Shown here: positions 50,446 to 59,889 of the stretch, piece after piece
Layout of the letters: every line of letters begins with the position of its first letter
How positions within the stretch are numbered: position 1 is the first letter of the stretch
Source: Thermodesulfobacteriota bacterium
GTDB lineage: Bacteria > Desulfobacterota_D > UBA1144 > Nemesobacterales > Mycalebacteriaceae
DNA length: 64,000 bases
Assembly: GCA_965205855.1 (NCBI GenBank)
Contig: OZ242184.1
Span: 576,001 to 640,000 of the forward strand
Direction: 5' to 3'
Program-made: the position numbers and the translations under genes
Notes under the pieces: model-generated
The model's input: the letters and a program-made list of their open reading frames with translations, nothing else
What the model was told of the DNA's origin: nothing
Databases searched by the model: none

Positions 50446-50838
50446 TCAAATTTTTCCGACCTCGCTCACTTTCCAACTCTCATCAACCCACAGTCCAATG
50501 ATTTCCATATTAGGATACCGCTCTTTCAGGGACTCCACCGCTTCTTTTGTATGCGCGATTTGCTCGTCTTTCGGCGCCGGATAACCGGCGCAATCGTGGT
50601 GACCGGCGACCGAGATGCCGACTGAATTGTGTTTTTTAACCGAGATTTGAACCCCTTGCAAAATCGCCTCAACTCTTTGCGTTTCTTTCCGCTCGGACAG
50701 AATCAGATTCGGCCCCGCTTCGGTAATGCAGTCAACATATTCCGCGTTGAACCTTTTTTGCAGATATTCAATCACCGGCAGTTGAATGCGTCCGTCTATA
50801 CAGTTTACGGCGGTGCAAAATTTTAACAGTTTGTTCAT
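50446..50838 (-). CDS. Putative beta-class-like carbonic anhydrase
   Basis: Zn-ligand pattern CIDGR ... HHDC. Confidence 0.75.
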   Translation of the reverse strand: MNKLLKFCTAVNCIDGRIQLPVIEYLQKRFNAEYVDCITEAGPNLILSERKETQRVEAILQGVQISVKKHNSVGISVAGHHDCAGYPAPKDEQIAHTKEAVESLKERYPNMEIIGLWVDESWKVSEVGKI

Positions 50839-51875
50839 CTTTTTTTCTCCCTGTCTGATTTTATCTCCGAAAGAGTTTTCAGCGAGAAATTTCTGTCGGG
50901 GCTGAAATCGCGGAAGATAAAGTGATTGACCCCGGCTTTTTCATATTCTCCGATTCTTTCCGCCACCTGTTTGGGAGTGCCGAAAATCACAAAATCCTCA
51001 AGCATTTCGCGCGTGTAGTATTTCTCTCCCATCTCCTTGAATTTTTGAATCATCTCCCGGTTCGTAGGCAGAACTTTTGTGTATGAGAGCCCTTTATATT
51101 TGTCGGCGATTTTAATGTCATAGCCCGCGTCCGCGAGGAGTTCCGGCCATATCAGCGCGTGTTTCACAGGCTCAATAGTCGCGTATGCATCGTCCGCACC
51201 GGGGGCGACCGAAACAAACATAAAAATACATTTTTCGAAATCCGTTTTCAGGGATTTTCCCCCGACCGTTTTCAGTTTTTGCGAAAACACCCTTGGCGGC
51301 ATGGCGTTTGTAACCCAACCGTCTCCCGTTTCTCCGGCGGTTTTAAGGGCTTTGGGTCCCGTCGCCGCGATGTAAATCGGAACCTTCCCGCTTTTTCCCT
51401 TCGGCGCGATTGCAAGTTTCGCTTTCTCAAGGCGGAAAAAACGCCCTTCAAAATCAGTTCTCTTTCCCGTCCACAGTTTTCTCATCACTTGCGCCGATTC
51501 TCTGAGCCGGGCGAGCGGGCTGTTCCATTCAATTCCGTAGGGGTCGGTGTTCATTCTTTCCCCGTAGCCGAGGCAGGCGAAAATTCTCCCGTCTGCAATT
51601 TGCGAAACAGTGGCAAGACGCTGGGCGAAAACCGCCGGATGCATCCGGTGCGGGTCGCCGATTGTTCCCATTAGTATTTTAGAAGTCACTCCCGCGGCGG
51701 CGGTAATCACAGACCACGCTTCGGGCGTTTCTCTGTCAGCGATAAAAACCACATGGTCGGGAATCCACAGAGAATCAAAACCGGCTTTTTCGCACTTTAC
51801 AATGAAATCCACAAGACCGGAGACCGAAGTTCCGGGAACAGGCGCGGTGATGCCGAATTTTGTTTTAACAGACAT
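50835..51875 (-). CDS. LLM-class flavin-dependent oxidoreductase
   Basis: GFDSLWIPDH, HPAV.AQ..AT...GR, PIYIAA.GPK.L...G...DGW. Confidence 0.9.
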   Translation of the reverse strand: MSVKTKFGITAPVPGTSVSGLVDFIVKCEKAGFDSLWIPDHVVFIADRETPEAWSVITAAAGVTSKILMGTIGDPHRMHPAVFAQRLATVSQIADGRIFACLGYGERMNTDPYGIEWNSPLARLRESAQVMRKLWTGKRTDFEGRFFRLEKAKLAIAPKGKSGKVPIYIAATGPKALKTAGETGDGWVTNAMPPRVFSQKLKTVGGKSLKTDFEKCIFMFVSVAPGADDAYATIEPVKHALIWPELLADAGYDIKIADKYKGLSYTKVLPTNREMIQKFKEMGEKYYTREMLEDFVIFGTPKQVAERIGEYEKAGVNHFIFRDFSPDRNFSLKTLSEIKSDREKKR

Positions 51876-51908
51876 TGCCGTAAATTGTAACACAAGAGTT
51901 TTAACCTC

Positions 51909-53087
51909 ATGCGCGCTTCTTCAATCCGCAAATTCCGCTTGCTTGTTATTGCCGCTGTGTTTTCCTCGATTTTCGGTTGCGGATTGCCCGGTGGCGGGGA
52001 TGAAAGCGCGCGGCCTTTGCGCTCCGCGGTAGGACAGATGCTTCTTGTGGGCATTCGCGGCGAACGCGCGAACGCGGAGATGGTTTCCCTCATACGCGAT
52101 GTGAAACCGGGAGGCATACTTCTTTTTGATTACGACCGACCGAGTAACGGAGCCCTTGCGAGAAACATATCTTCCCCGGCACAGTTGAGGAATTTAGTTC
52201 GGCAAATTCAGATGCTTTCCGAAACCGGGCTTTTTATAGCGGCGGACGTTGAAGGCGGACGCGTGAACAGATTGAAACCCGAATACGGTTTTGACACCGC
52301 CGTTCCTACGGCGAAAAAACTGGGCGCCGAAGGAGTTTCCTCAACCTCGGCCGCGGCGGAAAAAATCGCCCGCGAACTCAAATCCCTCGGAATTAACTTC
52401 AACCTCGCCCCAGTCGCGGATGTTGAAATCAACCCTGAAAGCCCCGCCATTGGCGCCTTGGAGCGGTCTTTCGGAGCCGACCCCAAAACGGTTGTCCTGC
52501 ATATCCGCGCGTTTGTGGAGGCTCACGCGAGGCACGGGATCATCACCGCTCTCAAGCACTTCCCCGGACACGGTAGCGCCTCAAAAGACACGCACCTTGA
52601 CGTAACGGACATAACGGAGACCTACGACAGCGAGGCGGAGCTTTTTCCCTACCGGAGTCTTATTCAAAGCGGCTATGGCAGCCCGGTTATGACCGCTCAT
52701 GTCATCAACAGAAACATCGATGACAAACCCGCGACACTGTCGCGCAAAACACTTGGCGGACTTCTCAGGAAGCGGCTCGGTTTCAAAGGGGCGATTGTCT
52801 CCGACGATATGCAGATGCGCGCTATTGTGGATGAATACGGGCTTGCCCATGCCGTCATAGAGGCGATAAACGCCGGTGTTGATATCATTACAATCGGCAA
52901 TCAAATCGGTGAATATGACCCCGGAGTCCCAGTCCGCGTGAGAGATGCGATTGTTCGGGCGGTTGAGACGGGAGTTATTACCGAATCAAGAATTTATGAA
53001 TCTTGCCGGCGGATAATGGAGATTAAAAAAAGATACGCAATCGCGGACGGACAAAGCGTCGCATGCCCGGCGCGCAGATCTCAATAA
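51909..53087 (+). CDS. nagZ: GH3 beta-N-acetylhexosaminidase, lipoprotein
   Basis: Lipobox IFGC, DVEGGRV.R, KHFPGHG...DTH, SDDMQM. Confidence 0.9.
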   Translation: MRASSIRKFRLLVIAAVFSSIFGCGLPGGGDESARPLRSAVGQMLLVGIRGERANAEMVSLIRDVKPGGILLFDYDRPSNGALARNISSPAQLRNLVRQIQMLSETGLFIAADVEGGRVNRLKPEYGFDTAVPTAKKLGAEGVSSTSAAAEKIARELKSLGINFNLAPVADVEINPESPAIGALERSFGADPKTVVLHIRAFVEAHARHGIITALKHFPGHGSASKDTHLDVTDITETYDSEAELFPYRSLIQSGYGSPVMTAHVINRNIDDKPATLSRKTLGGLLRKRLGFKGAIVSDDMQMRAIVDEYGLAHAVIEAINAGVDIITIGNQIGEYDPGVPVRVRDAIVRAVETGVITESRIYESCRRIMEIKKRYAIADGQSVACPARRSQ

Positions 53088-53320
53088 GCCACACTTGCGT
53101 CGGCATTTAAGAATCGTCCGAACGGGCGCGACCCGAGGCTTTTGTCCATGTTATACAAGCCGCAAAAGTCAAGTAGTGGGCATAGGATTTGGCGTGTTTC
53201 AGTTGGCGTATTATTTCTGATGTTCTGTTTTAATTCGTATTTTTTAAAGCCGTTTGGTGAAGCCGCCTTTGAGCCGTTGAAGATGAGAGAAAATTAGATG
53301 ATTAAAGCATCCGTGATATA

Positions 53321-54868
53321 GTGGAGAAAATGTTTTTTAGAGCGAATAAAACTTTTCTGTTGTTGGTTGTCCTTTTCATATTTGCTCCATCCGCATTTGC
53401 GGAAGATGCTTCAAAAGTTTTTGATAAGGTGTCCCGTTCCGTTGTGGTTGTCTGGAATGCCGAAGAAACGGCGGACAAAGAACCAGAATTGAAGACGCAG
53501 GGCAGCGGCGTTATTATCGCCAAAGGCGAAGTTGTTACGAACTGTCATGTCATAGAAAATGCCAATTATATCGGGGTTCAGACAAAGAACGGAGAAGTGG
53601 AAATCGCCACACTTTTCCGCGCTGATTGGGAAAAAGATATTTGTCTGTTGAAAGTTCCCGGATTGAAAGGCAGAAAAGCAAAAGTGCGGCGGTCAAATTC
53701 GCTGAAAGTGGGAGAGACCGTTTATGCAATTGGTTCCCCCGAAGGAATGGAGCACAGTTTAAGCGCGGGACTGGTTTCTCAATTACACAGGAAGAAGAAA
53801 AACGCACCGCCTGTTATTCAGACAGATGCCTCAATGTCATCCGGTTCTTCCGGCGGAGGGCTTTTTGATAAGAAGGGAAAACTTGTTGGCATCATGTCTT
53901 TTGTGTTGGAGGAAGCCAAAAACATAGGTTTTGCCATTCCTGTTGAATGGATAGATGAAACTCGCAAGAATGGGATTAAAACGGATTCTACGAGTCCGGT
54001 GGAAAAGGTGTTTGCAACATATTTGCAGAGACTTACCCTGGCACATTCTTTTATAGAAAATGAGGATTGGAAAGGTTTGGAGAAACATTCTTTGCTATGG
54101 GTTGATCAGTTGCCTTCTGATTCTTGGGGTCTGTTTTATTTGGGACTTGCTTATCACTATCAAGGCAAGTACTCCGAAGCGTTAGAGTCATATCACGAGG
54201 CGTTGCGAATAAACCCTGAAGATGCGGAAGTGTGGTATAACTTGGGACTTGCTTATTTCAATCAAGGCAAGCACTCCGAAGCGTTAGAGTCATATCGCGA
54301 GGCGTTGCGAATAAACCCTGAACTTGTGGAAGCGTGGTATAACTTGGGACTTGCTTATTTCAATCAAGGCAAGCACTCCGAAGCGTTAGAGTCATATCGC
54401 GAGGCGTTGCGAATAAACCCTGAACTTGTGGAAGCGTGGAATAACTTGGGACTTGCTTATTCCAATCAAGGCAAGTACTCCGAAGCGTTAGAGTCATATC
54501 GCGAGGCGTTGCGAATAAACCCTGAACTTGTGGAAGCGTGGGGTGGCTTGGGAAATGCTTATCACTATCAAGGCAAGTACTCCGAAGCGTTAGAGTCATA
54601 TCGCGAGGCGTTGCGAATAAACCCTGAATATGCGGAAGTGTGGTATAACTTGGGACTTGCTTATTTCAATCAAGGCAAGCACTCCGAAGCGTTAGAGTCA
54701 TATCACGAGGCGTTGCGAATAAACCCTGAACTTGCGGAAGCGTGGGGTCGTTTGGCTCTTACCTACAAAATAAAACATCAGGACGGACAGGCGAGAGAAG
54801 CGTATTGGCAACTGAAAAAATTAAATCCTTATCTTGCTGATAAAATTAAACAGTTCGTTTTTCGGTAA
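53321..54868 (+). CDS. Secreted trypsin-like (S1) serine protease fused to a C-terminal TPR array
   Basis: Signal peptide ending SAFA; triad TNCHV, DICLL, GSSGGGL; six near-identical 34-aa TPRs plus capping repeats. Confidence 0.92.
   Translation: MEKMFFRANKTFLLLVVLFIFAPSAFAEDASKVFDKVSRSVVVVWNAEETADKEPELKTQGSGVIIAKGEVVTNCHVIENANYIGVQTKNGEVEIATLFRADWEKDICLLKVPGLKGRKAKVRRSNSLKVGETVYAIGSPEGMEHSLSAGLVSQLHRKKKNAPPVIQTDASMSSGSSGGGLFDKKGKLVGIMSFVLEEAKNIGFAIPVEWIDETRKNGIKTDSTSPVEKVFATYLQRLTLAHSFIENEDWKGLEKHSLLWVDQLPSDSWGLFYLGLAYHYQGKYSEALESYHEALRINPEDAEVWYNLGLAYFNQGKHSEALESYREALRINPELVEAWYNLGLAYFNQGKHSEALESYREALRINPELVEAWNNLGLAYSNQGKYSEALESYREALRINPELVEAWGGLGNAYHYQGKYSEALESYREALRINPEYAEVWYNLGLAYFNQGKHSEALESYHEALRINPELAEAWGRLALTYKIKHQDGQAREAYWQLKKLNPYLADKIKQFVFR
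54140..54751 (+). repeat. Six tandem 102-bp TPR-coding repeats
   Basis: Units start at 54140, 54242, 54344, 54446, 54548 and 54650; invariant core tccgaagcgttagagtcatat..gaggcgttgcgaataaaccctgaa. Confidence 0.98.
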
Positions 54869-54932
54869 GATGTGATGTGGTTGCTGACTTTCGTTGCATT
54901 CTTCAAAATCTAACGGAGGTATGGCTTCCATC

Positions 54933-55519
54933 TCACCGTTTATTCTTTCTCACTCTGTAAAACCGTTCAGTAAATCCGCCTTTGTTTTCAAAATTCTGCG
55001 TCAATTTTGCAACTTGGCGGTCAAGAAGGAACAAACCACTCCGATTAAAACAAGCGCGACGTTGGCGGAAAAGCTCCGCATAGTAATTTGTGGACGGTCT
55101 TGACCAGGTGGACTTTTTGGATTTTCTTCCACTGTATCCACTGATATCCACAACCCATTTAGCTACTTCATCGGCGGTTTTATGCCTCTTGTCAATCAGG
55201 TTTTGGCGAAGGGGGTTGTCCTTTTCCCAGAGTTGCAACCCTATTTGCCTCATAAAATCCTCATAGTCCAGTTTGAATTCTTCAAGGCTTGCCCGCCACT
55301 TGTGTCAGTTTGAGTTCCATTTTTTTGGAAATTGCCGATGCTTGAGAGCCCTCGGCGATGTTTTGAGTTCCGCTGCACGCCGCTTGTATCATTTGATCTT
55401 TTGTGCGGCTGAATTTGTCAATGTAGAGGTCGGTGAAACGCACGATTATATCGTAGACAATCTGAGCGAGTTGGAAACTTTTGAGGTTGTGGTAACCGCC
55501 GTGGTGGAATTAGGTTAGA
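54933..55519 (-). pseudogene. Four-helix-bundle (23S-IVP/Avd-like fold) protein with suffix domain, multiply frameshifted
   Basis: Fragments HGGYHNLKSFQLAQIVYD..RT.DQMIQAA.SG.QNIAEGS..SKKMELKLT.VA / ASLEEFKLDYEDFMRQ / SANVALVLI / LLDRQ..GGFTERFYRVR lie in shifting frames; no start codon seen. Confidence 0.85.
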
Positions 55520-55521
55520 GG

Positions 55522-58188
55522 TTATTTGTTTTCAAACATTGTAATCAAGTCCGCGAAATTCTTTGTAGTATGTTTTTTATACTTCTCCTCTTCAACAAAC
55601 AGCGAGCCGACAAAACAATCAGGAACTAATTCCCGCGCATCTTTGCACCACTGCCGCAAGCGTTTTTGCTTTCTGGCATCATCTTCATCCTTGCGTCCCT
55701 TTGTTTCCACTATCCATATTTCCCCTTTATTGTTGCGGACAAGAAAATCGGGAAAGTAGTTGGCGATTGTGCCGTCAGTTTTGACATAATCCAGACGGAA
55801 ATTAACGGCAAAGTAGTTCTTGGCAAAAGCGGCAACATCGGGGCATTTGTCCAAGAATTTGGCAAACTCATATTCCAGCGAGAAATTTTCAGCAATCAAA
55901 TTTTGCGGGCTTTTCACGGGGGCGTATGAATAATTTGGCGGCTTTATCGGAAAGGGGCGCATATCTGTTACTCTCAGTTCATCCCGCATTTCGGTTTGCG
56001 GGGTTTTTCCCGTGAGCAATGTTTTAATTGCGCCATAAAAACCTTCCATTATCGCCTTTGTCACGGGCGGTTCTGCCAGATTGCGTATGGTGTCCACAAA
56101 TTCCAAATCAATAGTCTTGCCAAACAATCGGTCGCGGATGAAGTTCTGCATGACCTCATAAAGAAAATCGTATTGGCTGAACAACCGATGTTCATCCATA
56201 ATGCGAAGTGTTAAATATCCGATGACGCGGCTGTAGTCATCAACGGTATTTTTGCTTAATTTGGTTGTGTGGCTGATTTCGCCCGTAAGTACATCCCTGA
56301 AAACAATTTCACGCGGAGCGTCAGACGGATAGGTTTTATATTCCTGTGGTTCGCAGGATATGTTTTCCACTTTTAATTGTTCCAGTTTGGAAAAGTCCGT
56401 AAAAAATCTGCGGGACAGTATTGGAACGGTGATTTCCAAGTTGTCTATGTTCTTTTTCTCATTGTCGCGGTCAATTGCGATAACAGTGGGCGCTTTCGGT
56501 TTTGACCTTCCGCCCATTGCCTCACGGTCAAGTTTGACTCCTTCTTTTTCTATCTCTTTGACGAAATCAACAAAAGCCGGAGAGCCGATAATGCTTACCT
56601 TTTCCCCTGTGTCATTTTGTTCGGGATACATAAGGCGCAAACCGCGCCCCAAAGTTTGTTCCGGTAAAATATTGCTTCTGGCAACATAAGCCCGCAAGCC
56701 GACAACTGTTGTTACATTCCGCACATCCCAGCCCTCTCGTAAAACCAGCACGGAAACTACGGCTCGGAATTTGTTGTCCAAATCGTCTATTGTAGCGGCT
56801 TGCTTCCTCAACTCTGCAAGTTCGGTCTCTTTTCTCCCTTTTGTGGTTTGCTCGGTTATTTCCCCGTTGTTTTTTGTGTGTATAACGAGGACTTTTCCTC
56901 TCAAGTCTCCATATTTGGCTTCAAGATATGCTCCCATTGCATCACAGTTTTTTGTGTCATCGGTCATTAAAAACAAAACCGCTTTTTTGTCCGCCTGTTT
57001 GTGAACCTCATATGCTTTTCGCCATTCTTTAACTCCAAGTTCTATGTAGTCGGCATACCGCTCTCCATAGTCCGCGCTTTGGTGTTCTTCCAATTTGCTA
57101 CTGCTTTCATCATCGGGAATGACAGGGCGTTTGACCACATTTTGATGAATCGCCTCAACAAGCGGGTAGTCGGCTATCGTCTGAACAAAAATTGCCCCAT
57201 TGTCGTGTTTGGGTGTTGCCGTCATATCAATTTGCAATGAAAGAGCAAGCCCTTTTTGGACAAGAGTGTTGTTTATATCCTCAATAGTTTTGAACCAAGC
57301 CATTCTGTCATCGTGTATATGGTGCGCTTCATCATTGATAATCAGAAGTTCGTCAAGTTTGCGCACAACTTCACCCAAATCTATTTTGTTATCGGTCAGG
57401 GCGCCTGTTGGCTTTGGTCCCAGAAAGTAATCCTTTGTATTCTCATCATCGGCGGAGGGCGGCGTATTGTCCCGCACATAGACGCGGTGAATGTTGGTCA
57501 GAAAAATGTTTCCGGTTTCCGAATGGGAGCGAACTTCATCCTGTTTGTGCAACTGCATCTGGAAATCATTTTCCCAGTTGCGTCCCTCAAACCCGTTGGG
57601 CGGTAATACTTTGTCTTCATGGAAAATACGCAAACTCTCAAAATCTCTGTAAAGGCGATCTAAAACTATGATGTTTGGAGCGATTAAAAGAATGTTGCGC
57701 GAGAGTTGAGAGTCTGCCTCATAGAGTTTGTGGAAGTAAGACCATGCGATTAAAAGGGAAACAACCTTTGTTTTTCCGCTGCCGGTTGCCATTTTGATAA
57801 CGAAACGCCGCCATGTTTCTGGCATCATTTGCTGGTTTATTTGTCCGGTGGAGTCAAAACGCAATAAGTCAACTCTGTCTTTTATTCCGGCGGCTTCATA
57901 AAGATAAATCACGGATTCAACCGCTTCTCTTTGTGAAAAGTAGTAGAGGATTGCGGGGTTGTCTTCTTCATTGCGGCCAACAAACCACCAGGAGAGCAGG
58001 GCGCGGGTTGTGTCGCTTATATTCGGGTATCCGTCATCGCGCCATTCCTTGACGACTTGCCGGACTTGTTCCACAAGCGGCGGCAGGAGTTGGCCGATGG
58101 ATAACTGGTTGTCGCCATCCGGTTGCCAACGGTCGTTGGGGTTGAGGATTGCGTAGGGGTTAGTGGATAGGGTTTGGGGGATTGGCAT
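55522..58188 (-). CDS. res: Type III restriction endonuclease Res subunit
   Basis: MATGSGKT, DEAHH, TATP, LREGWDV.NV, EQT.GRGLR, C-terminal PDF..VETKG. Confidence 0.92.
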   Translation of the reverse strand: MPIPQTLSTNPYAILNPNDRWQPDGDNQLSIGQLLPPLVEQVRQVVKEWRDDGYPNISDTTRALLSWWFVGRNEEDNPAILYYFSQREAVESVIYLYEAAGIKDRVDLLRFDSTGQINQQMMPETWRRFVIKMATGSGKTKVVSLLIAWSYFHKLYEADSQLSRNILLIAPNIIVLDRLYRDFESLRIFHEDKVLPPNGFEGRNWENDFQMQLHKQDEVRSHSETGNIFLTNIHRVYVRDNTPPSADDENTKDYFLGPKPTGALTDNKIDLGEVVRKLDELLIINDEAHHIHDDRMAWFKTIEDINNTLVQKGLALSLQIDMTATPKHDNGAIFVQTIADYPLVEAIHQNVVKRPVIPDDESSSKLEEHQSADYGERYADYIELGVKEWRKAYEVHKQADKKAVLFLMTDDTKNCDAMGAYLEAKYGDLRGKVLVIHTKNNGEITEQTTKGRKETELAELRKQAATIDDLDNKFRAVVSVLVLREGWDVRNVTTVVGLRAYVARSNILPEQTLGRGLRLMYPEQNDTGEKVSIIGSPAFVDFVKEIEKEGVKLDREAMGGRSKPKAPTVIAIDRDNEKKNIDNLEITVPILSRRFFTDFSKLEQLKVENISCEPQEYKTYPSDAPREIVFRDVLTGEISHTTKLSKNTVDDYSRVIGYLTLRIMDEHRLFSQYDFLYEVMQNFIRDRLFGKTIDLEFVDTIRNLAEPPVTKAIMEGFYGAIKTLLTGKTPQTEMRDELRVTDMRPFPIKPPNYSYAPVKSPQNLIAENFSLEYEFAKFLDKCPDVAAFAKNYFAVNFRLDYVKTDGTIANYFPDFLVRNNKGEIWIVETKGRKDEDDARKQKRLRQWCKDARELVPDCFVGSLFVEEEKYKKHTTKNFADLITMFENK

Positions 58189-58206
58189 TTTTCTACATTA
58201 AAGAAT

Positions 58207-58716
58207 CTAAAACTTCCAGTTTTGTTCTTTCATAAACTCCTGCGGGGTTAAACAGCGCACACCGAAATAAATACATACATCAGGAATCTTAGGAGATCCT
58301 TGAATTTTGCCTTTTTTATCCTTTTTAGCAAATTTTTCTGTTGTTATCACAGTACTCTCCTCTATCATCACTTTAGCAATAACAAAAGGATCAGCAAATG
58401 GCTTTCCGTCTAAAATTCTTCTTTTATTAATCAGATTTCTGAAATTGTTAGTACTAAAAACTTTACGAACATTATTTTGTTCTTTTTCATTTGGTTTCGT
58501 GAATATATTTTTGTTTTGCTTTATCCATTCAAGAAGATGTTCTTGTTCTCCACCGTATTTTTCCAGTTCTTTTTTCACCTCAACTACGGAAGATATTTTT
58601 TCCGATAATACTAAATATCCTAGCTTTTTCCAGAAAGAGGGGAAAGTTTCAGGGTAGTATTCGCGACTCCGTATAAAGAATCCTGTGTCTAACACATAGT
58701 GTGCATTAGGTGTCAT
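58207..58716 (-). CDS. PIN-domain protein, DUF4411-like
   Basis: YVLDT, Y..TFPSFW..L, V.KEL, ADPFVIA, VIT.E, KIPDVC; GGAGG RBS before ATG 58716. Confidence 0.88.
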   Translation of the reverse strand: MTPNAHYVLDTGFFIRSREYYPETFPSFWKKLGYLVLSEKISSVVEVKKELEKYGGEQEHLLEWIKQNKNIFTKPNEKEQNNVRKVFSTNNFRNLINKRRILDGKPFADPFVIAKVMIEESTVITTEKFAKKDKKGKIQGSPKIPDVCIYFGVRCLTPQEFMKEQNWKF

Positions 58717-59889
58717 TTCCTCCCTTATGCATGTACCCCTCAAGACTTGCGAGCGATTTGATACTTGTTCCAAGATAATCAGCCAGTTGATGTTGGTTGA
58801 TTTGCTGTTTGTAGTATTGTGAGAACAAGAGATTAAGATATTTGTTGCTCAGGTATGATTTGAGGATTAAAGGTTTGGGAGGACCTCCACGATTTTTCCT
58901 TGCAATTTTTGTCTTTGTTGTTGTGTTTCCCAATTTTCTCGCCAAATATTTACTTTTTCATCGTAAAATTCTTTGTTTATCAGTTTTCTGTCCAGGTATT
59001 TTCGCAATATAACTTCACGGCTAACATTGTATTTGTTTGCATGTTTAGAAATTTCTCTGTCAGTAGGTTTCCCTGATATGTTTAAGCTGTTGTCCGGAAC
59101 TAAGAATGCGCTGGCGAATGCATTGCAGAATACTTCTTCCTCTCTATATTTTCCCGTTAAGTCGCTTTCTATGTTTTTACGAAAGCTAATTCCACCCTTG
59201 CCTAATATCAAATGCGCTAACTCATGGAACAGGGTAAAAATTTGGCGTTGTTTTAATATGCTGTTATTGATATATATTAACGGAAAATGCTCGTCGTGCA
59301 GACAGAACCCACTAATTTTTTCATTTTGAAATGAGTCCTTAAAAACCCAATAACCTTTATTTTCTAAAGCTTCTCGCCATTGCTTCATGGCATCATCTGC
59401 GGTTCTTCATCTACATTGTGTTTCCAATGAGACACCTATAGAATTTCTAACCTGATCAGCTATTTTTTTTACTTGAACTAAATTGAAAGTTGTCGGCAAG
59501 TCTGTGAAATTGTGAGTATTTTCTGGAGCCATATTGCCGTAGAGTTCATACAAACCAAATTGTTTAGCAGATGCCTCCCTAATTAGATACAAAATTTTTG
59601 GAGGTAGTGACTGCAAATAAAATTCTGGTAAAGACCTAAATTTTGAATTAACGTCATCTTCTTTGGGAGGCGATGGAAAATAAAATACAGCAATGGAACG
59701 CTTGTAGTATCCGGCAAGTTTTTCTAGTTGTGGATAAGTTGGTGTATCTTCACCCTTTTCCCACGCTTCTATTGTTGTGCGCGACACTCTTCTCTGGTTT
59801 ATTTTCTCCACGATTTGGTCAACTGAATACCCCGCGCTATTTCTGGCCCATGCCAATACCTCTGGAGTTATTAGGGCTTTAATACTCAT
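58706..59889 (-). pseudogene. XRE-HTH + ImmA/IrrE zinc metallopeptidase, disrupted (TGA at 59407-59409 and a frameshift near 58900-58930)
   Basis: L.WAR..AG.S...WE.G...PT..QL..LA (HTH); RQIFTLFHELAH, EVFCN.FA..FL.P; C-terminal GG..YL...Y..I...QLADYLG in another frame. ORFs 59407-59889 and 58867-59388 are in the same frame. Confidence 0.88.

Noticed and set aside
54140-54751. CRISPR array
   Set aside because: The period is exactly 102 bp, in frame and coding for TPRs, with no unique spacers and no cas genes.
55273-55518. 81-aa plus-strand ORF
   Set aside because: It is the antisense shadow of the four-helix-bundle pseudogene.
59407-59409. TGA recoded as Trp (in-frame TGA here and at 10142 where W is plausible)
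   Set aside because: TGA is the normal stop of many core genes in the window (def, tpiA, hisS, pyrF), and both loci have other signs of decay.
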